Assembly: GCA_965224025.1 (NCBI GenBank)
Contig: OZ245033.1
Location: 1,984,001 to 2,048,000, forward strand
DNA: 64,000 nucleotides
DNA from: Candidatus Multivorans sp.
Lineage (GTDB): Bacteria > Acidobacteriota > Thermoanaerobaculia > Multivoradales > Multivoraceae
Reading direction: 5' to 3'
Shown: piece after piece, positions 1-8,945 of the stretch
Layout of the letters: each line of letters begins with the position of its first letter
Position numbering within the stretch: the stretch's first letter is position 1
Notes under the pieces: model-generated
Databases searched by the model: none
Told to the model about the DNA's origin: nothing
What the model saw: the letters and a program-made list of their open reading frames with translations, nothing else
Made by a program: the position numbers and the translations under genes

Positions 1-2
1 TG

Positions 3-326
3 AGCCTACTGCTATCCGCAGGCGACCAACCCATCATCATCGATCAGCCTGAGGACGACCTCGACAACCAGTACGTCTACAACGTTGTCGTGAACCTCTT
101 GCGCCGCCGGAAGTTCTCCCGCCAAGTCATTATCGCAACTCACAACGCCAACATTCCAGTCAACGGCGACGCCGAGTCGATCGTTGCGCTCGGGACGGAG
201 GAACGGTCAGGCGTAGTCCTTGGCGCCGGCAGTATTGACCGTCCCGAGATCAAGGAACTCGTCAGCAAGATCATGGAAGGAAGCGCCGAGGCGTTCCGGC
301 TGCGCTCGGAACGCTACGGCTACTGA
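3..326 (+). CDS. C-terminal part of an ABC/SMC-type AAA ATPase (TrlF/PHP-ATPase-like), 5'-truncated by the window edge
   Basis: Open frame from nt 3 with Walker B/D-loop IIIDQPEDDLDN and H-loop IIATHNANIPV. Confidence 0.8.
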   Translation, partial: SLLLSAGDQPIIIDQPEDDLDNQYVYNVVVNLLRRRKFSRQVIIATHNANIPVNGDAESIVALGTEERSGVVLGAGSIDRPEIKELVSKIMEGSAEAFRLRSERYGY

Positions 327-343
327 GCAGGGACTCAGAGAGC

Positions 344-1591
344 ATGTTCGACACCCTGGAAGAGATTCGAAGGCAACTGGAGGTCAAGGAGGACGCCCGA
401 GCAGAATTCAAGGAAGTCAAGCTAGGCAAGCACGGCGTCCGGTCCCCAAACACGGAGGACATGGCCGGCGAGATGGTTGCTTTCGCGAATGCCGAGGGCG
501 GCGTGCTCTTCCTCGGTGTAGACGACGACGGCGTGGTGCGCGGCCTTCCAACCGACCGAGTGCGCGACGTGGAAGCCTGGGTCATCAACGTCGCCAGCAA
601 CAACTGCGATCCCCCTATTCGTCCGATCCTGCGAAGAGAGCAGCTAGCCGGCCCGGATGGTTCGGATCGACTCGTGATTCTTGTGCAGGTCGGACGCGGG
701 CTGTACGTCCACGGCACAAGCGGCGGGCGCTACCACGTTCGCGTCGGCTCCACGAAGCAACTCCTGAAGCGTGCCGCCTTGGCCCGCCTTTTTCAGGAGC
801 GTGGACGCACCTTCGTCTTCGACGAACAACCGGTACCGACGGCGACGATGGACGATCTTGACCGCGACGACATGAGCGCATTCTTCGCCACTCGACCTCC
901 GAAGATTCCTTGGCAGGACCTTCTTCGGAACACGCGCGTCGCGGCTGCAGAGGACAGCTTGGTGGAACGCCCTACCGTCGCAGGTCTGTTGGCGTTCGGC
1001 GCCAGACCTCAGGCACACCTGCCGTCAGCATACGTGGAAGCGGCGGTCTACCGGGGACACCGCCTCACGTCGGACGATCTCGTGCATGCCGAGTCCATCA
1101 AGGGCCAAGTCCGCGACCAGGTCGACGACTCGGTCGAGTTCGTCGACCGCTTCATGCTGCGGCCTGCACGCAAGGCGGCTGGCCGCACGGATCATCCTCA
1201 GTACAACATCGACGCGGTCCACGAAGCCATCGTGAACGCGCTGGCACACCGCGACTACTCGCTGGCTGGCGCGAAGATCCGGCTCTTTCTCTTCGCAGAC
1301 AGGATGGAACTCTACAGCCCAGGCGAACTCCCCAACACGCTGACCATCGAGACGATGCCCTACCGGGTCTTCACCCGCAATCAACTTCTGGTGAGTTTCC
1401 TGTCGCGCATGACGAGCCGCCGAACGGGCCGCGCCTTCCTTGAGTCGAGGGGCGAAGGCGTACGCGGCATCCTTGAAGCCAGCGAGGAGCATGCGGGCCG
1501 GCGGCCTGAATACAAGCTCTTCGGAGAAGAGTTGCGCCTGACCATCTGGGCGAAACCTTCGCCTCACGACGCAGGGCACGCTGAGCCGTGA
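344..1591 (+). CDS. Schlafen/AlbA_2 domain + HATPase_c_4 (RecG C-terminal-like) protein
   Basis: EFKE...AFANAEGGVLFLGVDDDG (AlbA_2); EAIVNALAHRDY and ELYSPGEL (HATPase_c_4). Confidence 0.85.
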   Translation: MFDTLEEIRRQLEVKEDARAEFKEVKLGKHGVRSPNTEDMAGEMVAFANAEGGVLFLGVDDDGVVRGLPTDRVRDVEAWVINVASNNCDPPIRPILRREQLAGPDGSDRLVILVQVGRGLYVHGTSGGRYHVRVGSTKQLLKRAALARLFQERGRTFVFDEQPVPTATMDDLDRDDMSAFFATRPPKIPWQDLLRNTRVAAAEDSLVERPTVAGLLAFGARPQAHLPSAYVEAAVYRGHRLTSDDLVHAESIKGQVRDQVDDSVEFVDRFMLRPARKAAGRTDHPQYNIDAVHEAIVNALAHRDYSLAGAKIRLFLFADRMELYSPGELPNTLTIETMPYRVFTRNQLLVSFLSRMTSRRTGRAFLESRGEGVRGILEASEEHAGRRPEYKLFGEELRLTIWAKPSPHDAGHAEP

Positions 1592-1652
1592 TGCCGAGCA
1601 CCTGGATGTGGAGACCGGGCGACGTTGGGCGAGATGGCGACCTGATGTATCG

Positions 1653-1721
1653 AACTGTCGGCACCCCCTTTCGGTTGCCGACAGTTTGACACACTAGGAC
1701 AAGCCAGCCTATGCTCTCGGC
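1653..1721 (+). promoter_or_regulatory. abiE promoter with inverted-repeat operator
   Basis: Perfect 11-bp IR AACTGTCGGCA (1653-1663)/TGCCGACAGTT (1676-1686) abutting TTGACA (1686-1691), 18-nt spacer, TATGCT (1710-1715), ATG 6 nt later. Confidence 0.65.
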
Positions 1722-2378
1722 ATGGCTGGCGAGAACAGCAGGCAACTGTCCACGATTGCCGACGTTTCCGACCACCGTTCCTCGCTGACCGGCGCCGCCC
1801 GGCAGAGCCTCGGCGCCAGGGGCTTCTTCCGCCAGCGCGATGCAGCCCAACTGGGCGTCCACTCCCGCCAACTACGGCAACTCGTGGATGCCGGGTCGGT
1901 CGAGAGAGTTGCCCGCGGTCTCTACCGGCTTGCCGACCTGGAACCCACCGAGCACTACACCCTGGCCGCCGTTTGCGCGCGGGTCCCGAACGCCATCGTC
2001 TGCCTGCTGTCCGCGCTGAGTGTCCACGGCCTTGGGACCCAGCTCCCGTGGCAGGAGTGGATCGCCATTCCGCACAAGGCCAGAGCCCCTCAACTTGGTG
2101 AGCTACCGGTCAAGCTCGTTCGCTTCTCCGGTGCCTCGCTCCACTACGGGGTCGTCACGGCGACCTTCGAGGGGGTTCCGACGCGCATCACGGGCCCGGC
2201 CCGAACGGTCGTGGACTGTTTTCGCTTCCGCAGGCTGGTCGGGAAAGACGTGGCGCTGGAGGCACTTCGCGACGCCCTGGGCGACCGGAAGGCAAGTGCC
2301 GACGAGATCTGGCGCGCGGCGGAGGTCTGCCGCGCGAAGTCGCTGGTCGGTCCGGTCCTGGAAGCTCTGTCGGCATGA
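1722..2378 (+). CDS. abiEi: Type IV toxin-antitoxin antitoxin, AbiEi family
   Basis: wHTH ERVARGLYRL; CLLSALSVHGL; ITGPARTVVDCFRFR; ATGA overlap with the toxin gene. Confidence 0.9.
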   Translation: MAGENSRQLSTIADVSDHRSSLTGAARQSLGARGFFRQRDAAQLGVHSRQLRQLVDAGSVERVARGLYRLADLEPTEHYTLAAVCARVPNAIVCLLSALSVHGLGTQLPWQEWIAIPHKARAPQLGELPVKLVRFSGASLHYGVVTATFEGVPTRITGPARTVVDCFRFRRLVGKDVALEALRDALGDRKASADEIWRAAEVCRAKSLVGPVLEALSA

Positions 2379-3334
2379 GCCGCAAGAGGGAGATCCGCAA
2401 CGTTCCCGCCTCCATTCACCAGCGCCTGCTGAACCTCGCTCACCGCCAGGGGATCCGCTTCAATCTCCTGCTCCAGCGCTACGCCATGGAGCGCTTTCTG
2501 TACCGTCTCGCGGTCTCCCGTGAAGTGGATCGATTCACCCTGAAGGGTGCCGCTCTCTTCCGGATATGGACCGGACAGGAACTGCGACCCACCCGGGACA
2601 TCGACTTTCTCGCGTCTGCACCCGAAGACCATGCGGCCCTACGGACCTCATTCGAAGCGATCTGCGCCGTGCCGTGCCCCCAGGACGGCGTCATCTTCGA
2701 CCCGGCGACGATCCAGATGCGCGACATCCGCGAAGAACAGCCCTACGGCGGCGTGCGGCTACGGATGCAGGGCCGTCTCGGCCAAGCGCGACTCCACCTC
2801 CAGGTGGACATCGGCTTCGGCGACGTCATCACGCCCGAGCGCGAGGAGCGCGACTACCCGACCCTTCTCGACCTGCCTGCCCCGCGTCTATGGACCTACC
2901 CGCGGGAGACTCTCGTCGCCGAGAAGTTCGACGCGATGGTGAACCGGGGCATGACGAACACTCGGGTGAAGGACCTATGGGACATCGCCTGCCTCGCAAG
3001 GCGTTTCGCGTTCGACGGTGAGACGTTGCGCACCGCGATCGAGGAGACTCTCCGGAGACGGCGAACACCACTCGCAGGCGAGAGGCCCGTAGCGCTCACG
3101 CCCGGCTACTACCTGGATGCCACGCGCGCGCAACGGTGGCAGGTCCTGCAGGGACAGATTGGCGCGTCGGCCGACGGGCCTGCCCTGCTCGTGGACGCGG
3201 GGGAAGAGCTGCTGCGCTTCTTGGGGCCGGTGTGCGACAGCCTCATCGAGGGCGGCGCGTTCACGCAGGCCTGGTCCGCCGGTGGGCCTTGGCGGCCGGG
3301 AACTGGGGCGACAGGGGGAGGCGAAGGATCGTGA
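2375..3334 (+). CDS. abiEii: Type IV TA toxin, AbiEii/AbiGii nucleotidyltransferase
   Basis: LKGAAL, RPTRDIDF, VDIGFGD, AEKFDA, NTRVKDLWD motifs. Confidence 0.9.
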   Translation: MSRKREIRNVPASIHQRLLNLAHRQGIRFNLLLQRYAMERFLYRLAVSREVDRFTLKGAALFRIWTGQELRPTRDIDFLASAPEDHAALRTSFEAICAVPCPQDGVIFDPATIQMRDIREEQPYGGVRLRMQGRLGQARLHLQVDIGFGDVITPEREERDYPTLLDLPAPRLWTYPRETLVAEKFDAMVNRGMTNTRVKDLWDIACLARRFAFDGETLRTAIEETLRRRRTPLAGERPVALTPGYYLDATRAQRWQVLQGQIGASADGPALLVDAGEELLRFLGPVCDSLIEGGAFTQAWSAGGPWRPGTGATGGGEGS

Positions 3335-4689
3335 CCGGCAAGAGGAGTCGGCCCGGGCTGCATCCACTGTGGCGCTTTGCTCCCTACCCGGAGTACAAGG
3401 ACTCCGGCGTCGAGTGGTTGGGCGACGTCCCAGCTAACTGGAAGCTCAAACGGCTCAAGACCCTAGCCTCCGTCCGCCTGAGCAATGTCGACAAGAAGTC
3501 CGAAGAAGGCCAAGTTCCGGTCAGGCTCTGCAACTACGTCGACGTGTACTACAACGACTTCATCACGGCCGAAATCGAGTTCATGAACGCGACCGCAACA
3601 CCCGGCCAGGTGCGCCGATTCCGGCTTCGGACCGGGGACGTCCTGGTCACGAAGGACTCTGAGGCCTGGAACGACATCGCGATTCCTGCCGTCGTCACGG
3701 AAGAACTCGCCGACGTGGTCTGTGGCTATCACCTAGCGCTGATCAAGCCACAGCGGGGCCTTGACGGGCGGTTTCTTGCCCGCCAGTTCTCAGCAATCGG
3801 CATACGGAACCAGTTCCATCTGGCCGCTAACGGCATAACAAGGTTCGGTCTGGGAGGAGACGCAATCCGGACAGGCCTTCTTCCCGTCCCGCCCATCGAG
3901 GAGCAACAAGCCATCGCGGGCTTCCTCGACCGCGAAACGGCGAAGCTCGACGATTTGGTAGCTCAAAAGGAACGCCTGATCGAGTTGCTTCAGGAGAAGA
4001 GCTCTGCTCTCATCACCCGCGTCGTCACCAAGGGCCTCGACGCCAGCGTCCCCATGAAGGACTCCGGTGTCGAGTGGCTGGGCGAGATCCCGGGACACTG
4101 GGGGAAAAAGAAGATCAAGCGGCTCTTTGTGTACAAGAAACGCCAAGGGTTCCCTGAGCGAACGGTTCTTTCTGTGTATCGCGAGCACGGAGTGATCGAG
4201 AAGTCGTCACGAAACGACAATTTCAACCGCACACCAGAGAACTTGGACAGTTACCAAGTTGTGGATCCGGGAGACCTCGTCATCAACAAGATGAAGGCCT
4301 GGCAAGGTTCTCTCGGAATCTCTTCGCTCCCGGGCATTACGAGCCCCGACTACATCGTGTACGCCCCGGTTCACGAAGAAAGTGAGAGGTTTCTACATTA
4401 CTTCTTGCGGTGCAAGCTCTTGGCCCGCATCTACCTCACCATGTCGAACGGCATTCGCCCGAGCCAGTGGCGGCTTGAGCCGCAACGATTCGAGGATCTC
4501 GCCGTGTTCTGCCCGCCGCCCGTAGAACAGGATCGGATCGCGGCGTGCCTCGATAGAGAGACAATGAAGATCGATGCCCTCGCCGCCGAGATTCGCAAAG
4601 CCATCGACCATCTCAACGAACTTCGCACCGCCCTCATATCCGCCGCCGTCACCGGCAAGATCGACGTTCGGGAGACAAGGCCGCGATGA
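3331..4689 (+). CDS. hsdS: Type I restriction-modification specificity subunit
   Basis: Two TRDs with repeated KDSGVEWLG and PP.EEQ..IA.FLDRET conserved regions, ending [11 protein letters not shown]; GTG at 3331 overlaps the abiEii stop. Confidence 0.9.
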   Translation: MTGKRSRPGLHPLWRFAPYPEYKDSGVEWLGDVPANWKLKRLKTLASVRLSNVDKKSEEGQVPVRLCNYVDVYYNDFITAEIEFMNATATPGQVRRFRLRTGDVLVTKDSEAWNDIAIPAVVTEELADVVCGYHLALIKPQRGLDGRFLARQFSAIGIRNQFHLAANGITRFGLGGDAIRTGLLPVPPIEEQQAIAGFLDRETAKLDDLVAQKERLIELLQEKSSALITRVVTKGLDASVPMKDSGVEWLGEIPGHWGKKKIKRLFVYKKRQGFPERTVLSVYREHGVIEKSSRNDNFNRTPENLDSYQVVDPGDLVINKMKAWQGSLGISSLPGITSPDYIVYAPVHEESERFLHYFLRCKLLARIYLTMSNGIRPSQWRLEPQRFEDLAVFCPPPVEQDRIAACLDRETMKIDALAAEIRKAIDHLNELRTALISAAVTGKIDVRETRPR

Positions 4690-5122
4690 CCTTCGATCCT
4701 CACTTCACCGTCACCAACAAGATCACCGCCGACCTTACGCGCATCGAGCGGGCACGCGGATTCCTGGAGGCGGCGACACTCTCCGAGGACTGGATCCGCC
4801 AGATGGGTGCTGGTGCTCTGATCCTCGAAGCGCACCACACGACCCACATCGAGGGAACGAAGCTCTCGCTGGACGAATCCGAGCGGCTTCTGGCTGGCGA
4901 GGCCGTACCCGGGGCGGACCCCGAGGACGTTCGCGAACTCCTGAACTACCGCGACGCGTTCGATTTCGTCTCCGCCTGGCTCGGCAGCGGCGGACCGATC
5001 ACCGACGCCTGCTCTCGACACTCTGCTCGTACAGAGCCGGGTACGAAGGCTTGCTCGTCGGAGGGGGAACCGCCCCGACAGATCCAACGCGGCACTACCG
5101 GCCGGCACCCGGCCTGATGTGA
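4686..5122 (+). pseudogene. Fic-family protein with internal deletion
   Basis: Fic N-terminus ([20 protein letters not shown]) joined out of frame to a C-terminal tail ([18 protein letters not shown]); no HPFxDGNGR motif. Confidence 0.7.
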
Positions 5123-5129
5123 CCGAGCG

Positions 5130-5184
5130 AGCTACGACAAGCTGCGACACCAGCTACGACAAGCTGTGACATCGAGCTGTGACA
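5130..5184 (+). repeat. Five near-tandem AGCTRYGACA decamers
   Basis: Units at 5130, 5140, 5152, 5162 and 5175. Confidence 0.8.
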
Positions 5185-5227
5185 CGGCACCGCGCCCAGA
5201 TCGCATCCTTCAAACCCACCGTCCAAC

Positions 5228-8200
5228 ATGACCCCCGATATCTCCGAACGCGCCTTCGAAAACGCCATCGAGCGGGCGCTCCTGCGGCACGGCCCTGACG
5301 CCTACCCGGAGGACGCAGGAGAACTGCGGGAGCCGGCCGCGTCATACGGCGACGACCCACTGCCCGGCAGCTTCCACAAGCGCAGCAGCAAGGACGACTA
5401 CGACCGCAGCCTCTGCCTCGTCCCCACCGACGTCCTCGACTTCTTCCTGGCAACTCAGCCCAAGGAGTGGCAGAAGCTCAAGCAGCACTACGGCGCCGAC
5501 GTCAAGCCACGCTTCCTGGGCCGCCTCTCCCGCGAGATCGCCCGGCGGGGCGCGCTCGACGTGCTGCGAAATGGCGTAAGAGACTCGGGCTGCAAGTTCC
5601 GGCTCGCGTACTTCCAGCCGGCGAGCGGCCTCAACGAGGAACTCCAGCGCCTCCACGCGGCGAACCTCTTCGCCGTCGTACGCCAGCTCCGCTTCAGCGA
5701 AAACTCTGAGAAGAGCGTCGACCTCGGACTCTTCCTGAACGGCATTCCCATCTTCACGGCCGAACTGAAGAACCCTCTCACCGGGCAGACCGTGGAGGAC
5801 GCGATCCGCCAGTACAAGACCGACCGCGATCCGCGCGAGCCGCTTTTCGGGTACGGCCGCTGCCTCGCCCACTTCGCCGTCGACCCCGAACAGGTGTTCG
5901 TGACCACGCACCTCCTTGGACCGAAGACCCGCTTCCTGCCGTTCAACCAGGGCCGCTTCGGCGGCGCCGGCAACCCGCCCGTCCCGCCCACGCGCGAGGG
6001 CTACGCAACCGACTACCTCTGGGAGCGGATCTGGGCCCGCGACAGCATCCTCGACCTAGTTCGCCAGTTCATCCAGGAAGTCGAGGAGGAAGACGAACGC
6101 AACCGCAGGACGGGTAAACGCTTCCTGATCTTCCCGCGCTACCAGCAACTCGACTGCGTCCGCCGGCTCGTCAGCCACGCCCGCAACCACGGCCCCGGCG
6201 AGCGCTACCTGATCCAGCACTCGGCCGGCAGCGGCAAGAGCTACACCATCGCCTGGCTCGCCCACCGGCTCTCGGTGCTGCATGACATCGACGACCGGCG
6301 CGTCTTCGACTCCGTCGTCGTGGTGACCGACCGTCGCGTGCTCGACCGCCAGCTCCAGCAGACCGTCCGGCAGTTCGAGCAGACCCTCGGCGTGGTCGAG
6401 AACATCGACCAGACCTCCCGCCAACTCCGCCAGGCTCTGGAAGCCGGTCGGACGATCATCGTCACCACGCTCCAGAAGTTCCCGGTCATCGCCGACGAGA
6501 TCGGCCAGCTCCCCGGAAAGCGCTTCGCGGTGATCGCGGACGAAGCGCACTCCTCCCAGTCAGGCGAGAGCACGAAGAGCCTCAAGGCGGTCCTCGACGC
6601 CGAGAGCCTGGAGGACGCCGAGCAGGAGGAGGCGGGCGCAGCGACACCCGAGGAGGAGATCGAGGACCGCGTCCACGAGGAGATCCGCCAACGCGGCCCA
6701 CTCCCGAACCTCTCGACGTTCGCCTTCACGGCGACCCCAAAGCCCAAGACTCTCGAGCTCTTCGGCGAGAAACAGCCGGACGGCAAGTTCAAGCCCTTCC
6801 ACCTCTACAGCATGCGCCAGGCGATCGAGGAGGGGTTCATTCTCGACGTTCTCGAGAGCTACACCACCTACAAGGCCTACTGGCGCCTGAAGAAGAAGAT
6901 CGAGGCCGACCCCCGGTACGACAAGTCGAAGGCCGAGCACCTGCTCAAGTCCTTCGTGGAACTCCATCCGCACGCCATTCACGAGAAGATCGCCATCTGC
7001 GTGGAGCACTTCGCCGAACTCGTCGCACACGAGGTCCGCGGCCGCGCCAAGGCGATGATCGTCACCCGCTCCCGCCTGCACGGGGTGCGCACCAAGCTCG
7101 CCCTGGATCGCTACCTGCAAGAGAAGGCCCGCTCCTGGAAGGCGCTCGTCGCCTTCTCCGGAACGGTCAAGGACTGCGGCGAGTCCTACACGGAGTCCGG
7201 CATGAACTCCGTCGGACAGGACCGGGTGATCGGCGAGCGGCAGACGGCCGCCGAGTTCGACAAGCCCGAGTACCGCTTCCTGGTGGTCGCCAACAAGTTC
7301 CAGACCGGGTTCGACCAGCCGCTGCTGCACACGATGTACGTGGACAAGAAACTCGGCGGCGTGAACGCCGTCCAGACCCTGTCCCGCCTGAACCGCACCC
7401 ACCCCGACAAGGGCGGCACGATGGTCCTCGACTTCGCCAACGAGCCCGATCAGATCCGCGAAGCGTTCGAGCCGTACTACGAGACCACTCTGCTATCCGA
7501 GGAGACCGATCCCAACCTGCTCTACGAGGTTCAGGGCCGGCTGCTCGACTTCGGCGTGTTCGCGGCAACCGACATCGGGACTTTCGCCACCGTGTACTTC
7601 GGGGGGAAAGCGACGCAGGACCGGCTCTACGCCGCACTCGAACCCGCGCGGCAACGCTTCGCCGAGCTCGTCGATGAGGAAGGGCGAGACTTCCTCGGCC
7701 AACTCACCTACTACGTGCGCCTCTACGCCTTCCTCTCCCAGGTCCTGACCTTCGCCGACACCGACCTCGAGAAGCTCTACCAGTTCGCCAGGCACCTTCG
7801 CCGCCTCCTGTCAGTGGGCCGAGAGGCCCTGCCCCTCGAGGTGCAGCAGAACATCGACATGGAGTCGTTCCGCATCCAGCGAACGAGCCGCGGCCGGATC
7901 GCACTCGAACGGCATGTACGGCCACTGGAGCCGGCCGGAAGCAAGACAGAAAGAGGCGCCGGCGGCGAGCAGTTGGAAGCCCTCTCCCGGATCATCGAGG
8001 GCCTGAACGAGCGATTCGGCCTCAACCTCACCGACGAGCACCGCGTGACGCTCGAACAGATCCGCTCCGCCCTCGACAAGGACGCCGGACTCACCGCGAG
8101 CGCCCGCGTCAACACCCGCGAGAACGTCCGCCTGACCTTCGACCCGAAGGTCGAGGACAAGATCCAGGAGATCGTCGAGACCAACTTCGACCTCTACAAG

Positions 8201-8767
8201 CGCATCACCGACGATCCCGAGTTCGGCCAGGCCCTCAAGGACGTCCTCTTCGAGGACTACATCCGTCGACACCGTCGGGCCGAGGAGCTCCTCAAGCTCC
8301 AGGAGTCCAAGACGCTTGAGTTCAAGTCCAGCCTGCGCTGGAGCCTGAAGGAGGACCGCAAGGACGACCGGCACGTCACCCACGCCGCGCTCAAGACGAT
8401 CGCCGCCTTCCTCAACACCGAAGGCGGCGACCTTCTGATCGGCGTCGACGACGACCGCAAGGTGCTTGGCATCGACCACGATCGCCTGGAGAGCGACGAC
8501 AAGTTCATGCGACACCTTGCCCAGGTCGTGCGCAACGGCCTGGGTGACCGTGCGGGCACCTGCATCGATCCTGAGACGCAGATCGTGGAGGGAAAGACCG
8601 TGTGTCTGGTGAGTTGCCAGCGAAGCCCGGAACCCGTGTACCTGCGGTGGAAGGGGCTGGAGAAGACCGAGATGGGCGATTTCTTTGTGCGGAGCGGCCC
8701 AGGAACGGTGCGGCTTGGCGAGAAGGACGCCGGGAAGTTCGTGGCTACTCACTTCCCGGCCGACTGA
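5228..8767 (+). CDS. hsdR: Type I restriction endonuclease subunit R with C-terminal AlbA_2/Schlafen domain
   Basis: AELKNPLTGQ nuclease motif, HSAGSGKS, DEAH, FTATPK, TGFDQP, QTLSRLNR; C-terminal ESKTLEFKSS...AFLNTEGGDLLIGVDDD. Confidence 0.92.
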   Translation: MTPDISERAFENAIERALLRHGPDAYPEDAGELREPAASYGDDPLPGSFHKRSSKDDYDRSLCLVPTDVLDFFLATQPKEWQKLKQHYGADVKPRFLGRLSREIARRGALDVLRNGVRDSGCKFRLAYFQPASGLNEELQRLHAANLFAVVRQLRFSENSEKSVDLGLFLNGIPIFTAELKNPLTGQTVEDAIRQYKTDRDPREPLFGYGRCLAHFAVDPEQVFVTTHLLGPKTRFLPFNQGRFGGAGNPPVPPTREGYATDYLWERIWARDSILDLVRQFIQEVEEEDERNRRTGKRFLIFPRYQQLDCVRRLVSHARNHGPGERYLIQHSAGSGKSYTIAWLAHRLSVLHDIDDRRVFDSVVVVTDRRVLDRQLQQTVRQFEQTLGVVENIDQTSRQLRQALEAGRTIIVTTLQKFPVIADEIGQLPGKRFAVIADEAHSSQSGESTKSLKAVLDAESLEDAEQEEAGAATPEEEIEDRVHEEIRQRGPLPNLSTFAFTATPKPKTLELFGEKQPDGKFKPFHLYSMRQAIEEGFILDVLESYTTYKAYWRLKKKIEADPRYDKSKAEHLLKSFVELHPHAIHEKIAICVEHFAELVAHEVRGRAKAMIVTRSRLHGVRTKLALDRYLQEKARSWKALVAFSGTVKDCGESYTESGMNSVGQDRVIGERQTAAEFDKPEYRFLVVANKFQTGFDQPLLHTMYVDKKLGGVNAVQTLSRLNRTHPDKGGTMVLDFANEPDQIREAFEPYYETTLLSEETDPNLLYEVQGRLLDFGVFAATDIGTFATVYFGGKATQDRLYAALEPARQRFAELVDEEGRDFLGQLTYYVRLYAFLSQVLTFADTDLEKLYQFARHLRRLLSVGREALPLEVQQNIDMESFRIQRTSRGRIALERHVRPLEPAGSKTERGAGGEQLEALSRIIEGLNERFGLNLTDEHRVTLEQIRSALDKDAGLTASARVNTRENVRLTFDPKVEDKIQEIVETNFDLYKRITDDPEFGQALKDVLFEDYIRRHRRAEELLKLQESKTLEFKSSLRWSLKEDRKDDRHVTHAALKTIAAFLNTEGGDLLIGVDDDRKVLGIDHDRLESDDKFMRHLAQVVRNGLGDRAGTCIDPETQIVEGKTVCLVSCQRSPEPVYLRWKGLEKTEMGDFFVRSGPGTVRLGEKDAGKFVATHFPAD

Positions 8768-8945
8768 TCCGGCTCGCCTACGCCGCGCGAGCCACGGAGA
8801 CTCCAAGATCCGTCCAACAAACTGAGACCTTTTACGCTTCAACCGATCGAGTCGATAGAGAGGACACACCAGGGACATCGCCGTGTGCCCTCATGTCGAC
8901 GCGCGTTTCCCTCCTGTACACTGGCTCGATCCAGTGGCGCCCTCC

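Noticed and set aside
5130-5184. Decamer repeats as a CRISPR array or plasmid iterons
   Set aside because: Units are too short, there are no spacers, and no rep or cas gene is nearby
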